This document shows positions 63,221-64,000 of a stretch of DNA of 64,000 nucleotides, in pieces. A program made the translations under genes and the position numbers. The DNA is from Deltaproteobacteria bacterium. GTDB lineage: Bacteria; Myxococcota_A; Polyangia; Polyangiales; JADJMO01. The stretch is from NCBI GenBank assembly GCA_016182965.1, contig JACPFM010000129.1:1366-65365 (forward strand). The letters are read 5' to 3'. Numbering within the stretch: the first letter of the stretch is position 1; each line of letters begins with the position of its first letter. Below the pieces are notes generated by a model, which did not search any database, had not been told where the DNA came from, and saw nothing but the letters and a program-made list of their open reading frames with translations.

Positions 63221-64000
63221 TCACTGGCAGGGGCAGACCGACTTCCACCTCGTGCTGTCGCAGGTGCCCTTCGTACCGTCGGCCATGGTCCGGTGGTTCT
63301 GCGGGCAGCCGCTGTAGCTCGAGCAGATCAGGCGGCCGGTCGGCTCCACTTCGAGGCAGCCGTACGTGTAGCTGGCGATGCTGTACGTCGAGTATCCCAG
63401 CGCCACTCGGAGCGCCTCGCACTCCGTCGCGGTGTCCTGGGCCGCGAACCAGGTCGCGTTGTCGATGGTGAACGGCATGCCGTTGGCCGCGCAGACCTCG
63501 GCGCAGCCGTTGCCGCAGGTGTTGGTCGGGTCGGTGCACCACGGCACTCCGCCGACGATCTTGCAGGTGGGCGGCGTCGCGACGCAGACGCCGCTGGAGC
63601 AGTACGGCGTGGTACCGCCGCACTTGTTCCCGCAGAACCCGCAGTTGTTCACGTCCGACTTGGGATCGCTCTCGCAGCCGTTCGTGGCGTTGCCGTCGCA
63701 GTTGTTCTTGCCGCCGGTGCAGAGCAGCGAACAGGTGCCGCTCGCGCACACCGCCGTGGAGCTCGCGCCGCTCGGGCACGAGGTGCCGCAGGCGCCCGTC
63801 GCGCTGCAGTTCGTCGGATCGTGGCGGGTGTTGGTGCAGGCGCCGCTGCAGAGCGAGAGCCCCGCGCCGCACGTGGTCGAGCACGTGCCGCCGCTGCAGA
63901 CCTTGCCCGCCGCGCAGACGGTGCCGCAGGTGCCGCAGTTGGCGTTGTCGGTCTGCAGGTCGTGGCACTTGCCGTCGGTGCAGAGCGACGTGCCGCTGAT
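63221..64000 (-). CDS. Cys-rich repeat protein (MXAN_6577-like), 5' end outside the window
   Basis: Frame open to the window edge: DLQTDNANCGTCGTVC, CDGNATNGCE, DVNNCGFCGNKC. Confidence 0.8.
   Translation of the reverse strand: MSGTSLCTDGKCHDLQTDNANCGTCGTVCAAGKVCSGGTCSTTCGAGLSLCSGACTNTRHDPTNCSATGACGTSCPSGASSTAVCASGTCSLLCTGGKNNCDGNATNGCESDPKSDVNNCGFCGNKCGGTTPYCSSGVCVATPPTCKIVGGVPWCTDPTNTCGNGCAEVCAANGMPFTIDNATWFAAQDTATECEALRVALGYSTYSIASYTYGCLEVEPTGRLICSSYSGCPQNHRTMADGTKGTCDSTRWKSVCPCQ

Overview
Very GC-rich, gene-dense bacterial DNA that looks myxobacterial (Polyangiaceae/Sorangiineae-like). The evidence is many Cys-rich and Asp/Thr-rich lipoproteins, MYXO-CTERM-like tails and an AgmX/PglI-type C-terminal domain. 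No rRNA, tRNA or CRISPR array was seen. Housekeeping and transport genes include a sugar ABC pair, a ClC channel, a SulP transporter, RND and ABC-2 efflux systems, Maf, MazG and TrxC. Highlights: (1) a probable undescribed RiPP/protein-modification operon at 25.66-29.64 kb, with a radical SAM/SPASM enzyme, two paralogous lipoprotein-like precursors sharing an ILARRARF leader and carrying five C-L-x4-D repeats each, and a B12-radical SAM enzyme fused to a PIMT-like methyltransferase; (2) a hidden selenoprotein (in-frame UGA in a W-U-G-F-C thioredoxin motif plus a SECIS-like hairpin) at 56.3-57.1 kb; (3) an unannotated pqqA in a minimal pqqA-D-E cluster lacking pqqB/C; (4) a LysR gene divergent from a Cys-rich lipoprotein plus ferritin-like diiron enzyme pair; (5) a RAYT-like HUH transposase together with a REP/REPIN-like palindrome family; (6) several short tandem and inverted repeats, paired TetR operators and one frameshifted gene. 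All calls come from reading motifs by eye; no database search was run.
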